From positions 32,001 through 96,000 of the forward strand of contig JBEKXL010000002.1 of assembly GCA_049512075.1 (NCBI GenBank): a stretch of 64,000 nt of DNA. The letters run 5' to 3'. Of this stretch, positions 47,679 to 58,138 are shown piece by piece. This DNA is from Candidatus Bathyarchaeia archaeon (GTDB lineage: Archaea; Thermoproteota; Bathyarchaeia; Bathyarchaeales; Bathycorpusculaceae). Made by a program: the position numbers and the translations under genes. The notes below the pieces were generated by a model. It made no database searches. It had not been told where the DNA came from and saw only the letters and a program-made list of their open reading frames with translations. How positions within the stretch are numbered: position 1 is the first letter of the stretch; each line of letters opens with the position of its first letter.

Positions 47679-48071
47679 ATGACCAAACCAGTTCACGTTG
47701 GCGAGTTGAGAGTCGGCGGGTACATGGTAATCGACGGCGAACCATGTCATATTGTTGACATAGACAAGTCGAAGCCGGGAAAGCACGGTTCAGCCAAGGC
47801 TAGAATAACGGCCGTAGGTGTTTGGGATGGGGTTAAGAGAAGCTTTGTGAAGCCTGTTGATCTTGGCGCGGAGGTGCCAATAATCGATAAGCGTACGGGC
47901 CAAGTGTTTGCAGTGAACCCGACCGGTGTTCAAATTATGGACCTAGAGACTTACGAGTACTTTGATGCTCCCTATCCGCAAGAAGAAGAGCTGAAGGCAA
48001 AACTGGCGCCCGGCGTGGAAATTGAGTATTGGCGGATACTCGGAAAAATGAAGATCATGAGAGCAAAATAG
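47679..48071 (+). CDS. eif5a: Translation factor aIF-5A
   Basis: Hypusine loop SKPGKHGSAK, QIMDLETYE. Confidence 0.97.
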   Translation: MTKPVHVGELRVGGYMVIDGEPCHIVDIDKSKPGKHGSAKARITAVGVWDGVKRSFVKPVDLGAEVPIIDKRTGQVFAVNPTGVQIMDLETYEYFDAPYPQEEELKAKLAPGVEIEYWRILGKMKIMRAK

Positions 48072-48127
48072 ATTGAAACTTCGGGTTTCCGTATTGCATT
48101 AATGATCCCTGTTCTCTGATGATGGCT

Positions 48128-48334
48128 TTATTCCCACCATTTCCACTTAAGTGCACTGAACAAGCTGTAGAGAGCCAGCAGGATTATTCCCCAACTTAAC
48201 GCGATTCCTGCGATTCTGAGCAAATCATTTAGTGTGTTGTTGTAGATTATGTAACCGCTTATTCCACACAGCCCGACTAGAACGAGAATGAAAATCGCGA
48301 TATGGATTGCTCTTTCGCCTGCCAGATTCCTCAC
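48128..48334 (-). CDS. Small two-TM membrane protein
   Basis: 68-aa ORF with two hydrophobic helices. Confidence 0.55.
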   Translation of the reverse strand: MRNLAGERAIHIAIFILVLVGLCGISGYIIYNNTLNDLLRIAGIALSWGIILLALYSLFSALKWKWWE

Positions 48335-48420
48335 CCACTAAACTGTTCTAGTTCGTATCGTCTTTTGTTGTTAAAAGACTTTCGTCAAGGTTTATTTCAG
48401 CGTCTTACATATCGTGGTTT

Positions 48421-48480
48421 GAGGCCGATGATGCTAGAAGAGCCGTCGGATTTGTGAAGATAGTTAGGTGCTGAGGCTTC
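48421..48480 (+). ncRNA. Box C/D methylation-guide sRNA
   Basis: Terminal stem GAGGCC/GGCTTC; C ATGATGC 48428, D' CGGA 48447, C' GTGAAGA 48454, D CTGA 48471; 12- and 10-nt guides; intergenic. Confidence 0.7.
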
Positions 48481-48507
48481 ATTGCTGTTTCTGACGGAGA
48501 TTGTGTG

Positions 48508-48930
48508 TCAGCGTTTGCGGGGTAACTTGATTTCCAGGATTCCTTTCTTGTGTTGAATCTTCATTTTGTCCATGTTGACTGTTACTGGGATGCGGATCCA
48601 AGCATGGAATCTTTGAATCACGCCTTTCCTGTGTGTTATCCCAAGTTCGGTGAGACGTATTTTCTTCTTCATTTCAGCGAGTATCTCGAGAGAAGAACCA
48701 TCAACTGCTTTGACTTGAACGGTATCTTCCTTTGCGTAAGGTAAGTCAACTGTGACTATCACTTCTGTGGGCGTTACCGTTATTTCACGCAGAGGTTCTA
48801 TCGCGCAGGTTTTCAGATCCCAGCATGGTCTTTCACTCAGGGTTTCTCTGACCATGTCAGCCCATTTTTCCATATCTTCAAAGTACTCGTCTATCATGTC
48901 AGAAATTGACGCCTTCTTCCTAATGGACAC
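48508..48930 (-). CDS. Small heat-shock protein (Hsp20/alpha-crystallin)
   Basis: VTVDLP, I.IP..V, GILEIKLPR. Confidence 0.85.
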   Translation of the reverse strand: MSIRKKASISDMIDEYFEDMEKWADMVRETLSERPCWDLKTCAIEPLREITVTPTEVIVTVDLPYAKEDTVQVKAVDGSSLEILAEMKKKIRLTELGITHRKGVIQRFHAWIRIPVTVNMDKMKIQHKKGILEIKLPRKR

Positions 48931-48944
48931 CGGTCATCTCCTCC

Positions 48945-49691
48945 TTATGAAACGTACATTGGGATGTCGTATTCTTGGCCCTTCTTCATCTTTGTCATCT
49001 CTTCCTGAGTTCGTTTCATCACGTCTCTCGCTCTTAGTCGGATTTCCTCGCCTTTCTCCAACAATTTTGCAACGTTCACTTTCAATCCCGTTATCTTCGC
49101 GAGTTCCTTCAGAACTTCTGCCGCCGCCTCTGGATCTGGATAGTTGGGGAAACACTGAGCGAGCAGTGTTATGGCAGGTGATCCTGCTTCTGCAGCGCGT
49201 TGAAGCACAACTGCCTGGGGGCCAACCATGTATCCTTCTGTCAGAATCTCCAGGCCCTTTTCTTTAGCGGTCTTCAATGCCTCAGCGTTTGATGCTGCGG
49301 CGAAGGATTTCAGTTCTGTAACATCTTGTCTGTCTTGGATGGGCATTCCGCTGAGTGAAATCATCATTTTGACGTCTTTGCTCTTTGCCCAGTTAATTAG
49401 CGCGTCCATTATCGGATAGATCACGTCTGTGGGTATCGGTACTTCTGAGACCGCCAAGAGAGTGTCTTGGCCTGCGAAGATCCTTATCGAGGAGTGCGGT
49501 AAGCCCTCATGCAGAACGATGAGTGGCGGGAGTAGATTCGAATTCAGGTAGGCTACTTCAGTCAGTCCTAGCTCGTCGATTAAGTGTGAAGCAGCTATCA
49601 CTCCTACCAGTCCAACGTCTGGGAAAGCGAAAATTAAGGTGGCCCTAGGCGGTACGTTCTTTATCTCGATAATTTTGACTTCTTCATTCAA
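48945..49691 (-). CDS. Proteasome assembly chaperone (PAC2 family)
   Basis: FPDVGLVG.IAA.HL, YPDPEAA. Confidence 0.9.
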   Translation of the reverse strand: MNEEVKIIEIKNVPPRATLIFAFPDVGLVGVIAASHLIDELGLTEVAYLNSNLLPPLIVLHEGLPHSSIRIFAGQDTLLAVSEVPIPTDVIYPIMDALINWAKSKDVKMMISLSGMPIQDRQDVTELKSFAAASNAEALKTAKEKGLEILTEGYMVGPQAVVLQRAAEAGSPAITLLAQCFPNYPDPEAAAEVLKELAKITGLKVNVAKLLEKGEEIRLRARDVMKRTQEEMTKMKKGQEYDIPMYVS

Positions 49692-49808
49692 ATTTATCCA
49701 CTCAAACCCCTCTAGAAGAAGTGTGAAATCTAAAAAGCTTACGGAAGCAGGGCCTGAAGAACGGAATAGCTATTAATGGCATGAAACGATGTAAATCTGG
49801 AGAAAAAC

Positions 49809-51143
49809 ATGTCTCTCGATCACCTGGGTTCGTCACTTTACGAAGCTTTGAAGAAGGTTTTCAAGGCTTCCGTTGTAGACGAAGCCACAGTCAAGGAGCT
49901 TGTGCATGATGTGCAGAAGGCTCTGCTCCAAGCGGATGTTAACGTTAAACTCGTGCTCGACATTTCCAAAAGAATAGAAGAAAGGGCACTGAAAGAAAAA
50001 GTTCCACCTGGCATTTCAAGACGCGAGCACGTGGTAAAAGTCGTCTATGAAGAGATGACGCGTTTCCTAGGAGAAAAGCCAGCTCCGATAAAAATGGAGC
50101 CGGGAAAGAGAAGAATAATAATGCTCGTCGGCATCCAGGGTTCTGGAAAGACAACTGCCGCAGCTAAACTGGCAAGATACTTTCAAAAGAGGGGCTTGAA
50201 GCCCGCTGTGATTTGCGCCGACACTTTTCGACCCGGCGCTTACGCTCAGCTTCAACAACTCGCAAACAGAATCAACATCCCCCTCTATGGGGACCTAAAA
50301 GCGAAAGATCCCGTTAAGGTCGTTACTGAAGGTTTGAAACAATTTGGCGACAAGGACATGGTCATAGTCGACACTTCCGGCCGTCATAAAGAGGAACACG
50401 AACTCATCAAAGAGATGAAGATGCTTGAGAGAAGCATCAAACCTGACGAAGTTATGCTCGTTATCGACGGAACAATTGGCCAGCAAGCGTTGGCCCAGGC
50501 CAAAGCCTTCAATGAAGCCACGCCCATTGGCTCGATACTCGTCACGAAACTCGATGGGTCTGCAAGGGGAGGCGGCGCTCTCTCTGCGGTAGCGGCCACC
50601 GGTGCGCCCATAAAGTTCATTGGCACCGGAGAAAAAACGGAGGACGTGGAGGCTTTCGTTCCTTCGCGTTTTGTTGGTCGTCTGCTTGGAATGGGTGACT
50701 TGGAAACGCTCCTTGACAAGGTGCGTGAGGCCGAGATAACTGTTCCAGAAAAGAAAGCCAAGGCTATCCTGAGTGGCAAATTCACGTTGACAGACATGTA
50801 TGAACAGTTCGAAGCTATGAAGGGAATGGGCACCTTCAAGAAACTCTTGAACTTGATTCCAGGAATGTCTTACAAAATCCCGGATGAAATGTTGAACACT
50901 GCTGAGGGCCGTTTGGAAAAGTGGCGCGTGATGATTCAGTCTATGACGGCAGCTGAGAAGGAGAACCCGAAAATCTTCAACGCTTCAAGGATGAAACGCG
51001 TAGCCAGGGGTTCTGGCACCAGCGAGAAAGAAGTGAAGGAGCTTCTGAAACAGTACACGATGATGCGACGCATGTTGAAGACGATGCGCAGACAAAAGAA
51101 ACTTCCCTTCTTCGGAAAAGGGCTGCCAGCGGGCCTCAAGTAG
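49809..51143 (+). CDS. srp54: Signal recognition particle protein Srp54
   Basis: GIQGSGKTT, DTSGRH, TKLDGSARGGGALS, M domain. Confidence 0.98.
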   Translation: MSLDHLGSSLYEALKKVFKASVVDEATVKELVHDVQKALLQADVNVKLVLDISKRIEERALKEKVPPGISRREHVVKVVYEEMTRFLGEKPAPIKMEPGKRRIIMLVGIQGSGKTTAAAKLARYFQKRGLKPAVICADTFRPGAYAQLQQLANRINIPLYGDLKAKDPVKVVTEGLKQFGDKDMVIVDTSGRHKEEHELIKEMKMLERSIKPDEVMLVIDGTIGQQALAQAKAFNEATPIGSILVTKLDGSARGGGALSAVAATGAPIKFIGTGEKTEDVEAFVPSRFVGRLLGMGDLETLLDKVREAEITVPEKKAKAILSGKFTLTDMYEQFEAMKGMGTFKKLLNLIPGMSYKIPDEMLNTAEGRLEKWRVMIQSMTAAEKENPKIFNASRMKRVARGSGTSEKEVKELLKQYTMMRRMLKTMRRQKKLPFFGKGLPAGLK

Positions 51144-51172
51144 CAGTGCCAGATTCTCAGAAGGCATGTTGA

Positions 51173-52507
51173 ATGAGCATTTTGCAAGAAGCTCAGAGGA
51201 TGCTTGAGAAATATCCCCTCTGTGACCGTTGTCTGGGCCGACAATTTGCGCTCCTGGGACATGGCGTTGAGAACGAGGACAGGGGAAGGGCGATAAAACT
51301 GGCGTTGACGCTTGAGGCTCATGCGTTGGCGTTTTCGGAAAGCAAACGGGGCGTGAAGGCTCTCAAGGTTTTGGAGACGAATGGTTTTTCCAAAGTCGCA
51401 AAGGAAATACTCAACAGACTGGGAGAGCACATTGGGGCTGAAGATTATCCGGAAACATGTTTCTTGTGTGAGGGCAAGCTTGATCTTCGTAATGAGTTGG
51501 CGGAGAAAACTCTGGGTCTTCTCAGTGATTACGAGTACAGCAGTTTCCTCGTGGGCGTAGAATTGCCCTTGACAGTTGGCGAACGAGAGGATGAGTTTAG
51601 GGCAGAGTTTGGCGTCAGCCAGGGTGAGAGTCTCCGCAAAGAGTTCGCGAGGACTATCGGTAAAAGAGTTGCAGAGCGGAGCGGGAAGGAAGTAGACTTC
51701 AAAAAGCCAGAGATCGTCGCGCTCGTCGAGCCCTTCTCTGGTCTTGTGAGACTTCAAGTCAACCCTCTCTTCATAGCTGGCCGATACAAAAAACTCGTCA
51801 GGAGCATTCCTCAGTCGAAATGGTTCTGTTCGGGATGCTGGGGGAAAGGTTGCGAGAAATGTAACTGGACTGGAAAAATGTATCCGGAGTCGGTGCAGGA
51901 AATAGTTGAGAAGCCGTTGTTGGAGGCAACAAGTGGTTCAGGTGCTTCGTTTCACGCTTCTGGAAGAGAAGACATCGATGCTCGCATGCTGGGCAACGGC
52001 AGGCCTTTTGTGATTGAAATCGCGGCTCCGAAAAAGCGTTTCCTGGACCTTGAAAAAATGGAAGACGCGGTGAACGCGCATGGGGTGAGCAAGGTCGAGG
52101 TTTCAGGTCTGAGGTTCGCAAATAGAGATGTCGTCAGGAAGTTGAAGGGAGACGAATCTAAGCAGAAAGAATATCGGGTGTTCATAGAATTTGAAAACAA
52201 GATCACGGCCAAGGACATGCGCTTCTTGGAGAAGAGCCTTACAAACGTCATGATTAAACAGAATACCCCTGTTCGCGTTTTGCACAGACGCGCTGATCTG
52301 ACGCGGGAAAGGTACATATACGACGTGGGCGTTAAGAAACTGTCGCCAAGAAAGGCTGAAATGAGATTACGATGCCAAGGAGGGCTCTACGTTAAAGAAT
52401 TGGTTACTGGGGATGAGGGAAGAACGGTGCCCAGCGTTTCAGAACTTCTCAAAAACAAAGCGAAGCCCATGGAACTTGATGTTCTGAACATAATTATGGA
52501 AGATTAG
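51173..52507 (+). CDS. pus10: tRNA pseudouridine(54/55) synthase Pus10
   Basis: LCDRCLGRQFA, SGREDIDARMLG.GRPF, GGLYVKEL. Confidence 0.96.
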   Translation: MSILQEAQRMLEKYPLCDRCLGRQFALLGHGVENEDRGRAIKLALTLEAHALAFSESKRGVKALKVLETNGFSKVAKEILNRLGEHIGAEDYPETCFLCEGKLDLRNELAEKTLGLLSDYEYSSFLVGVELPLTVGEREDEFRAEFGVSQGESLRKEFARTIGKRVAERSGKEVDFKKPEIVALVEPFSGLVRLQVNPLFIAGRYKKLVRSIPQSKWFCSGCWGKGCEKCNWTGKMYPESVQEIVEKPLLEATSGSGASFHASGREDIDARMLGNGRPFVIEIAAPKKRFLDLEKMEDAVNAHGVSKVEVSGLRFANRDVVRKLKGDESKQKEYRVFIEFENKITAKDMRFLEKSLTNVMIKQNTPVRVLHRRADLTRERYIYDVGVKKLSPRKAEMRLRCQGGLYVKELVTGDEGRTVPSVSELLKNKAKPMELDVLNIIMED

Positions 52508-52517
52508 GAGAAGTGTT

Positions 52518-52817
52518 ATGATCAAGAAGTCGAAGGGTTTTCGTTCGAGTGCACGCCGTCTCTTGACAAAGGGGATTAGAGAGCATGGAAAACTGAGGCT
52601 GAGCAAGCTGCTCCATGAGTATCAGCCTGGGACCAGTGTTGTCGTCAAGATAGACTCGAGTGTCCACAAAGGCATGCCGCACAGGCGCTACCACGGGAAA
52701 GTCGGCATTATACTCAACAAGCGGGGACGGAGTTATGTAGTGAGTGTTTCGCAAGGAGACGCTATTAGAGAGATCATTGTCAGACCTGAACATTTGGAAC
52801 CTTGGAAGAGTGATTAG
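52518..52817 (+). CDS. rpl21e: 50S ribosomal protein L21e
   Basis: KGMPHRRYHGKVG, VRPEHL. Confidence 0.97.
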   Translation: MIKKSKGFRSSARRLLTKGIREHGKLRLSKLLHEYQPGTSVVVKIDSSVHKGMPHRRYHGKVGIILNKRGRSYVVSVSQGDAIREIIVRPEHLEPWKSD

Positions 52818-52818
52818 A

Positions 52819-53157
52819 ATGTCGGAAAAGAGCCTGACCGAAAAGAAACTGAGTCTCCCCCAGGTTAAGAAGCTGCTGGAGTCTATAGGTGAAGCAAACC
52901 TTGATCAGCTACAGCGCCGTACGTTCGATTACGTGTCAAAGTTTTCGAAAACCGACCCCGAATCTGCCATAAAACTGGTTGGAAAACTCGTGGCAGATTA
53001 CGGTCTAGACGAGGTAGAGGCAGTGCAAATAGTCAACTGCATGCCCAAGAGTATTGAAGAGTTGAGAGTGTTTCTGGCGGGTGGACGAAAAATCATCGAG
53101 ACAGCCAAACTAGAAGCTATAGTGAACTTGTTGGATGAACATCGAAAATTGAAATAG
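52819..53157 (+). CDS. rpo4: RNA polymerase subunit Rpo4 (F)
   Basis: Conserved position after rpl21e; AVQIVNCMP.S.EELR. Confidence 0.9.
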   Translation: MSEKSLTEKKLSLPQVKKLLESIGEANLDQLQRRTFDYVSKFSKTDPESAIKLVGKLVADYGLDEVEAVQIVNCMPKSIEELRVFLAGGRKIIETAKLEAIVNLLDEHRKLK

Positions 53158-53208
53158 GCTGGTCGATGCTAACTATTTTAAGCAATAAGAGACTAAATAG
53201 AGGAAATT

Positions 53209-53784
53209 ATGACGATGATGGAGAAGCGGTACGAAGAGTTCGCTCGTATCTTGGACTTTCTGCAGCACGGTCGCCCTGGGGTGCACGTTTCAGGACGAGC
53301 CGGCTACCGAGCGGGAGCTTTGGTCCAGTTGGTGGGCGAAGAGTTCTTCACCCTTCTAGAGGCATTGGTTAAGGAAGGCATGATACTAAAGCCTCATGAT
53401 CGTGTTTTCGTTGGCAAGGAGGCCCGTGAAGAAATAACGTACATTATCGGTCGAATAAGCTATGATGAGTTAACCGCAGCCGCCAAAACAGAGCTTCCAA
53501 CGGTGATCAACGAGATCGTGCTGAACCGTGAGAAGTGGTTCGTTCAATTCTTCAACACTGCACGGGCTGTCACACCGAGGATGCACGCTTTGGAGCTGGT
53601 TCCAGGAATAGGCAAAAAATACATGTGGCAGGTTATAAATGAACGAGAGAAGAAACCTTTTGAGAGTTTTGAAGAATTACAGAAACGCACGGAATTGCCT
53701 AACCCGGTTAAATTGATAACAAAGAGAGTAATGGAAGAGTTGGGTGGCGACAGCAAGTATCGACTATTCACGAGGGCACAATAG
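53209..53784 (+). CDS. DUF655 family RNA-binding protein
   Basis: FFTLLE, RMHALELVPGIGKK, PFESFE. Confidence 0.92.
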   Translation: MTMMEKRYEEFARILDFLQHGRPGVHVSGRAGYRAGALVQLVGEEFFTLLEALVKEGMILKPHDRVFVGKEAREEITYIIGRISYDELTAAAKTELPTVINEIVLNREKWFVQFFNTARAVTPRMHALELVPGIGKKYMWQVINEREKKPFESFEELQKRTELPNPVKLITKRVMEELGGDSKYRLFTRAQ

Positions 53785-53810
53785 CCCAATCCATCGTCTA
53801 GCGGGGTAGA

Positions 53811-54632
53811 ATGAGTCTCCTAGAAGAAACGAAGTCTCTGCTTCGAAGATATCGAATTGAGCCGAAGAAGACTTTAGGCCAAAACTTCATGGTTGAATCA
53901 CAAGTTTTTCAAAAGATGGTCCACTACGCCTCACTCGATTGTGATGATACGGTGTTGGAGATAGGTGCTGGGCTGGGTTTCTTGACTCGTTTCCTGAGCG
54001 GGAAATGCAAGAAGGTTCTTGCAGTTGAAGTTGACGCGAGGCTTGTTAGCATTTTGCGTGAACAGCTTAGCTGCGCATCCAACGTGAAAATAATCGAAGG
54101 CAACGTTCTCAGGATCACTCTCCCTTCATTCAACAAAATCGTTTCAATTCCGCCCTATCAAATCTCGTCCCGTCTACTCGTATGGCTATTCAAAAGGGAC
54201 TTCGACTGTGCAGTCTTGGTTTTTCAAAAGGAATTTGCAGATCGGCTTATGGCCACTGTTGGAAGTGAAGACTACGGATGGTTGACGGTTTTCACGTACT
54301 ATCATGCACAAGTTGAGCTTCTGGATGAGATTCCCAAATCTATGTTTTATCCACATCCAAAAATAGATTCAACCATAGCATGCCTGAGGCCAAAGAAACC
54401 ACGGCCATCTCTGCTAAGGAATGAGGCATCCTTCCAACGCCTCCTTCAAGTTCTCTTTACGCGGCGCAATAGGACGGTTAGAAACGCAGTTCTGACATAC
54501 CTAAAGTATGGACGTGGTGCAACAAAGGAAGACGTGGTCAAAATTGCTGATTCTCTCCCTCTGGGCAGCAAGCGAGTGCGGGAACTTGCACCCGAAGATT
54601 TCGGAGCATTAGCTAATGCGATTGTCAAGTAG
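53811..54632 (+). CDS. rsmA: 16S rRNA adenine dimethyltransferase KsgA/RsmA
   Basis: LGQNF, LEIGAGLG.LT, PPYQIS, QKEFA.RL. Confidence 0.95.
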   Translation: MSLLEETKSLLRRYRIEPKKTLGQNFMVESQVFQKMVHYASLDCDDTVLEIGAGLGFLTRFLSGKCKKVLAVEVDARLVSILREQLSCASNVKIIEGNVLRITLPSFNKIVSIPPYQISSRLLVWLFKRDFDCAVLVFQKEFADRLMATVGSEDYGWLTVFTYYHAQVELLDEIPKSMFYPHPKIDSTIACLRPKKPRPSLLRNEASFQRLLQVLFTRRNRTVRNAVLTYLKYGRGATKEDVVKIADSLPLGSKRVRELAPEDFGALANAIVK

Positions 54633-55233
54633 GGTGGTCTTTGCCGACTGTGTTTTCAACATCTTGGAAAACGTTTACGAGCCGGCCGAGGATTCTTTCC
54701 TCTTTGCTGAAAACTTGAGGGTTAGAGGTGGCTGTAAGGTCGTTGACATGGGCACTGGTTGCGGGATATTGGGCGTGATTGCAGCGAAGAAGGCAAATAG
54801 GGTGATTGCGATTGATGTAAATCCCTACGCTGTCAAATGCGCGAAGAATAACTCGGAGATCAATGGTGTTGGCAATCACATGTCTTTTATTCAAGGAGAT
54901 CTGTTTGCGCCCCTCAGAACTAGAAAAGAATTCGATCTAATCCTATTCAACGCTCCGTACCTGCCATCAGAAGAGAATGAAAAGGACTCTTGGATGGGGT
55001 GGGCTTGGGCTGGAGGTGTTTCTGGAAGAAACGTGATTGACAGGTTCCTTTGTGAAGCTCCAAAATATCTTAGACCCGGCGGAGAAATCATGTTGATGCA
55101 ATCAACGCTTTCTAATGTGGAGCAGACTTTACGCCTTCTCGAGGAGAGAGGCTTGGAGGCAAACGTTATTGCGAAGCAAGATCTTCCATTCTTTGAGTCG
55201 ATAGTCCTTGTCAGAGGAGTGTGCAGCTCGTGA
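54616..55233 (+). CDS. HemK2-like methyltransferase
   Basis: VYEPAEDSFL, DMGTGCG, FNAPYLP. Confidence 0.9.
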   Translation: MRLSSRVVFADCVFNILENVYEPAEDSFLFAENLRVRGGCKVVDMGTGCGILGVIAAKKANRVIAIDVNPYAVKCAKNNSEINGVGNHMSFIQGDLFAPLRTRKEFDLILFNAPYLPSEENEKDSWMGWAWAGGVSGRNVIDRFLCEAPKYLRPGGEIMLMQSTLSNVEQTLRLLEERGLEANVIAKQDLPFFESIVLVRGVCSS

Positions 55234-55274
55234 AACGTGCAGGCCTATCAAAAATTGACAAGAAATGAAGAGGG

Positions 55275-58073
55275 TTGAGTTTGGCGACAAAATCTTGGCA
55301 CGCATTGAGTCCGGAAGAAACATTGAAGGAATTGAACTCCTCTGAACATGGTTTGAGTCAGGCAGAAGTGCAGAAACGCTTGGCCGAATATGGTATGAAC
55401 GAACTGCAGAAAGAAAGAGGGCCTTCTCCCGTAAAGATGTTCTTAAAACAATTCAAAGATATACTAATCATCATATTGCTGGTCGCCACAGCGCTTTCGA
55501 TTGCCACTAATGAAATTGTAGACGCTGTGGTTATAATTGCCATAGTTATAGCCACCGCGGTTTTAGGATTCGTGAACGAATTCCGTTCGGAGAAAGCTGT
55601 TGAAGCTCTGAAGAGGATGACGGCGCCAACCGCAACAGTACTGCGAGATGGGAAAGAAGTGAAGGTTGTTGCGAGTGAGATTGTTCCTGGCGATGTTGTT
55701 CTCTTATTCACGGGGGATAAGGTTCCGGCCGATGCGCGACTCATCGAATCCGTGAACTTGAAGGTGGATGAAGCTTCGCTGACCGGAGAGTCATCTCCTG
55801 TTAACAAGAATGTTGATGCTTGTGCTAAGGGACTCCCGATAAATGACCGGCGAAGCATGGCCTTTGCTGGAACAGTGGTAGTTTTCGGTCGAGGCAAGGC
55901 AGTTGCCACGTCAACAGGTATGAACACAGAGTTTGGAAAAATCGCCAAAATGGTCCAGCTGAGCACCGAAAAGGAAACACCGCTTGAGAAGAGAACTCGG
56001 TCTATCGGCAAGTGGATCGGCATCTTATGCGTTGCAATCTGTCTCGGTGTAGGTGCGATTGGCTTTGTAGAAGGAAACAAGATACTTGACATGATATTGT
56101 GGGGCATCAGTCTGGCTGTGGCAGCCGTTCCTGAAGCCCTGCCTGCAATAGTAACCGGCGCACTTGCCGTGGGTATGTACCGAATGGCAAAGGTGAACAC
56201 GATAGTGAAGAAGCTGCCTGCTGTAGAGACGTTGGGCTGCACTGGCGTCATATGCTCTGACAAGACTGGAACCATGACAAAAGGCGAAATGACTGTGCAG
56301 AGAATCTATCTCGATAATCAAAGCTTCAAAGTCTCAGGAGTTGGCTACGAGCCCGAGGGAGAATTCCTCTTCGAGGACCGGAAGATAGAACCGGAAGAGG
56401 GGCTCCGCACACTCTTGATTGCTGCGGTCTTGTGCAATGACGCCAAACTGGAAAAAGACACTGCGTCGGAAAGATGGGCTGTCAAAGGAGACCCCACCGA
56501 AGGAGCACTAGTCGTCGCAGCGGCAAAAGCAGATTTGTGGAAGGAAGAGCTAGAAGGGCAACAACCCCGCATAGGTGAGCTGCCGTTCTCTTCTGAGACA
56601 AAGCGCATGACAACCATGCACATCGTTTCTGGCAAGAAGAAAATAGCATACATGAAAGGGGCCCCTGAAATAGTTCTCAGCAAATGTACAAGAGTCTTTG
56701 CAAACGGAAAGGCGGCCAAACTGACCGATAGTGGTAGGGCCAGCATTCTCTCCGTGAATGAAGCCATGGCTAGACAAGCCCTGAGGAACTTGGGCATTGC
56801 ATTCAGGCAGCTGCCTGACACAGTAGAGGCTTGCGACGAAAGAATCGAGAAAGGCTTCACCTTCTTGGGCATCGTGGGCATGATTGATCCGCCCCGCGAC
56901 GAAGTCAAAGACGCAATATCCACCTGCAAAAGAGCCGGTATAAACGTCGTGATGGTCACAGGAGACCACAAGCTCACCGCAGTAGCCGCGGCCAAAGAGC
57001 TCAACCTGCTTGGCGAAAATGAAGAAGAAGGAAAAGTTCTCACAGGCACAGAATTGGAAACGCTGACCGATGAACAATTAGCCGCCATGGTGGACAAAGT
57101 TGTAATCTATGCACGTGTTTCGCCTGAACACAAGATGAGAATCGTCAAGGCTTGGAAAGCTAAGAGCAAAGTCGTGGCGATGACTGGAGATGGAGTTAAC
57201 GACGCTCCCGCGTTGAAAATGGCTGACATAGGCGTTTCGATGGGTGTAACCGGAACCGAGGTAACCAAAGAAGCGTCGGACATGATATTGACAGACGACA
57301 ACTTTGCCTCTATAGTAAAGGCGGTGAGAGAAGGGCGCGAAATCTACGACAACATCAAGAAATGCCTGACTTACCTGATGCGATGCAACATAATGGAAAT
57401 CCTAGTAATGTTCATTGCAGTAATCTCCGTCCCATTTCTAGCAAGGATGAACTCGTCAGCAACAGATGCCGCCGTGGTAAGCAGCGCAACGATAGCGTTG
57501 ACCGCGGCGCAACTTCTATGGGTAAACCTGACCACCGATGGGTTGCCCGCAATTGCGTTAGGCATTGACCCCGCCGACCCGGACATTATGGACAGAAAAC
57601 CGCGTGATCCAAACGAGAGCATCTTCACACCGGAAGTCAAAGCCTACATGTCTCTGGTACCGATACTGATGACAGCTCTGCTCCTGTTCGGATACTTCTA
57701 TTATCAACCATGGCTGCCGCCTACGCTGGACATATCTGGCAAAGTGATATACAACCCGCTGCTTGAAGCTCGAACACAGTTGCTTACGTCCATGATCCTT
57801 ATGGAATTAGCCAATGCCATATCGGCACGATCACTAAATTACCCCATTTGGAAGGTAGGCGCGTTTAAGAACAAGCTCCTGTGGTTCGCTGTTGCCTTAT
57901 CTTTCATCCTTCAACTCTTCGTACTCTACACGCCAGGCGTCAACTCAGTTTTCGCCGTGGCCGCCCCCGAACCGCTTGACTGGGCGTTTGCGATACTGTT
58001 CACGGCGATAACCTTCGGTTCACTGGAGACTGCAAAGTGGATAAGAAGCAGGAGACGCAGGAAACAGGGTTAG
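55275..58073 (+). CDS. P-type cation-transporting ATPase (type II, Ca2+-like)
   Basis: TGES, PEALP, DKTGT, MIDPPR, TGDGVNDAPAL, TDGLPA. Confidence 0.96.
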   Translation: MSLATKSWHALSPEETLKELNSSEHGLSQAEVQKRLAEYGMNELQKERGPSPVKMFLKQFKDILIIILLVATALSIATNEIVDAVVIIAIVIATAVLGFVNEFRSEKAVEALKRMTAPTATVLRDGKEVKVVASEIVPGDVVLLFTGDKVPADARLIESVNLKVDEASLTGESSPVNKNVDACAKGLPINDRRSMAFAGTVVVFGRGKAVATSTGMNTEFGKIAKMVQLSTEKETPLEKRTRSIGKWIGILCVAICLGVGAIGFVEGNKILDMILWGISLAVAAVPEALPAIVTGALAVGMYRMAKVNTIVKKLPAVETLGCTGVICSDKTGTMTKGEMTVQRIYLDNQSFKVSGVGYEPEGEFLFEDRKIEPEEGLRTLLIAAVLCNDAKLEKDTASERWAVKGDPTEGALVVAAAKADLWKEELEGQQPRIGELPFSSETKRMTTMHIVSGKKKIAYMKGAPEIVLSKCTRVFANGKAAKLTDSGRASILSVNEAMARQALRNLGIAFRQLPDTVEACDERIEKGFTFLGIVGMIDPPRDEVKDAISTCKRAGINVVMVTGDHKLTAVAAAKELNLLGENEEEGKVLTGTELETLTDEQLAAMVDKVVIYARVSPEHKMRIVKAWKAKSKVVAMTGDGVNDAPALKMADIGVSMGVTGTEVTKEASDMILTDDNFASIVKAVREGREIYDNIKKCLTYLMRCNIMEILVMFIAVISVPFLARMNSSATDAAVVSSATIALTAAQLLWVNLTTDGLPAIALGIDPADPDIMDRKPRDPNESIFTPEVKAYMSLVPILMTALLLFGYFYYQPWLPPTLDISGKVIYNPLLEARTQLLTSMILMELANAISARSLNYPIWKVGAFKNKLLWFAVALSFILQLFVLYTPGVNSVFAVAAPEPLDWAFAILFTAITFGSLETAKWIRSRRRRKQG

Positions 58074-58138
58074 AAAGACTTAAATTTGAAACGATGTGAA
58101 AAAAGCTTCTAACAACAGAAATTGAAGGCCGAAAAGAA

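Noticed and set aside
55358-57097. Long antisense ORFs (also 920-1423, 23966-24805, 50936-51757)
   Set aside because: Shadows of well-supported genes on the opposite strand with no recognisable motifs.
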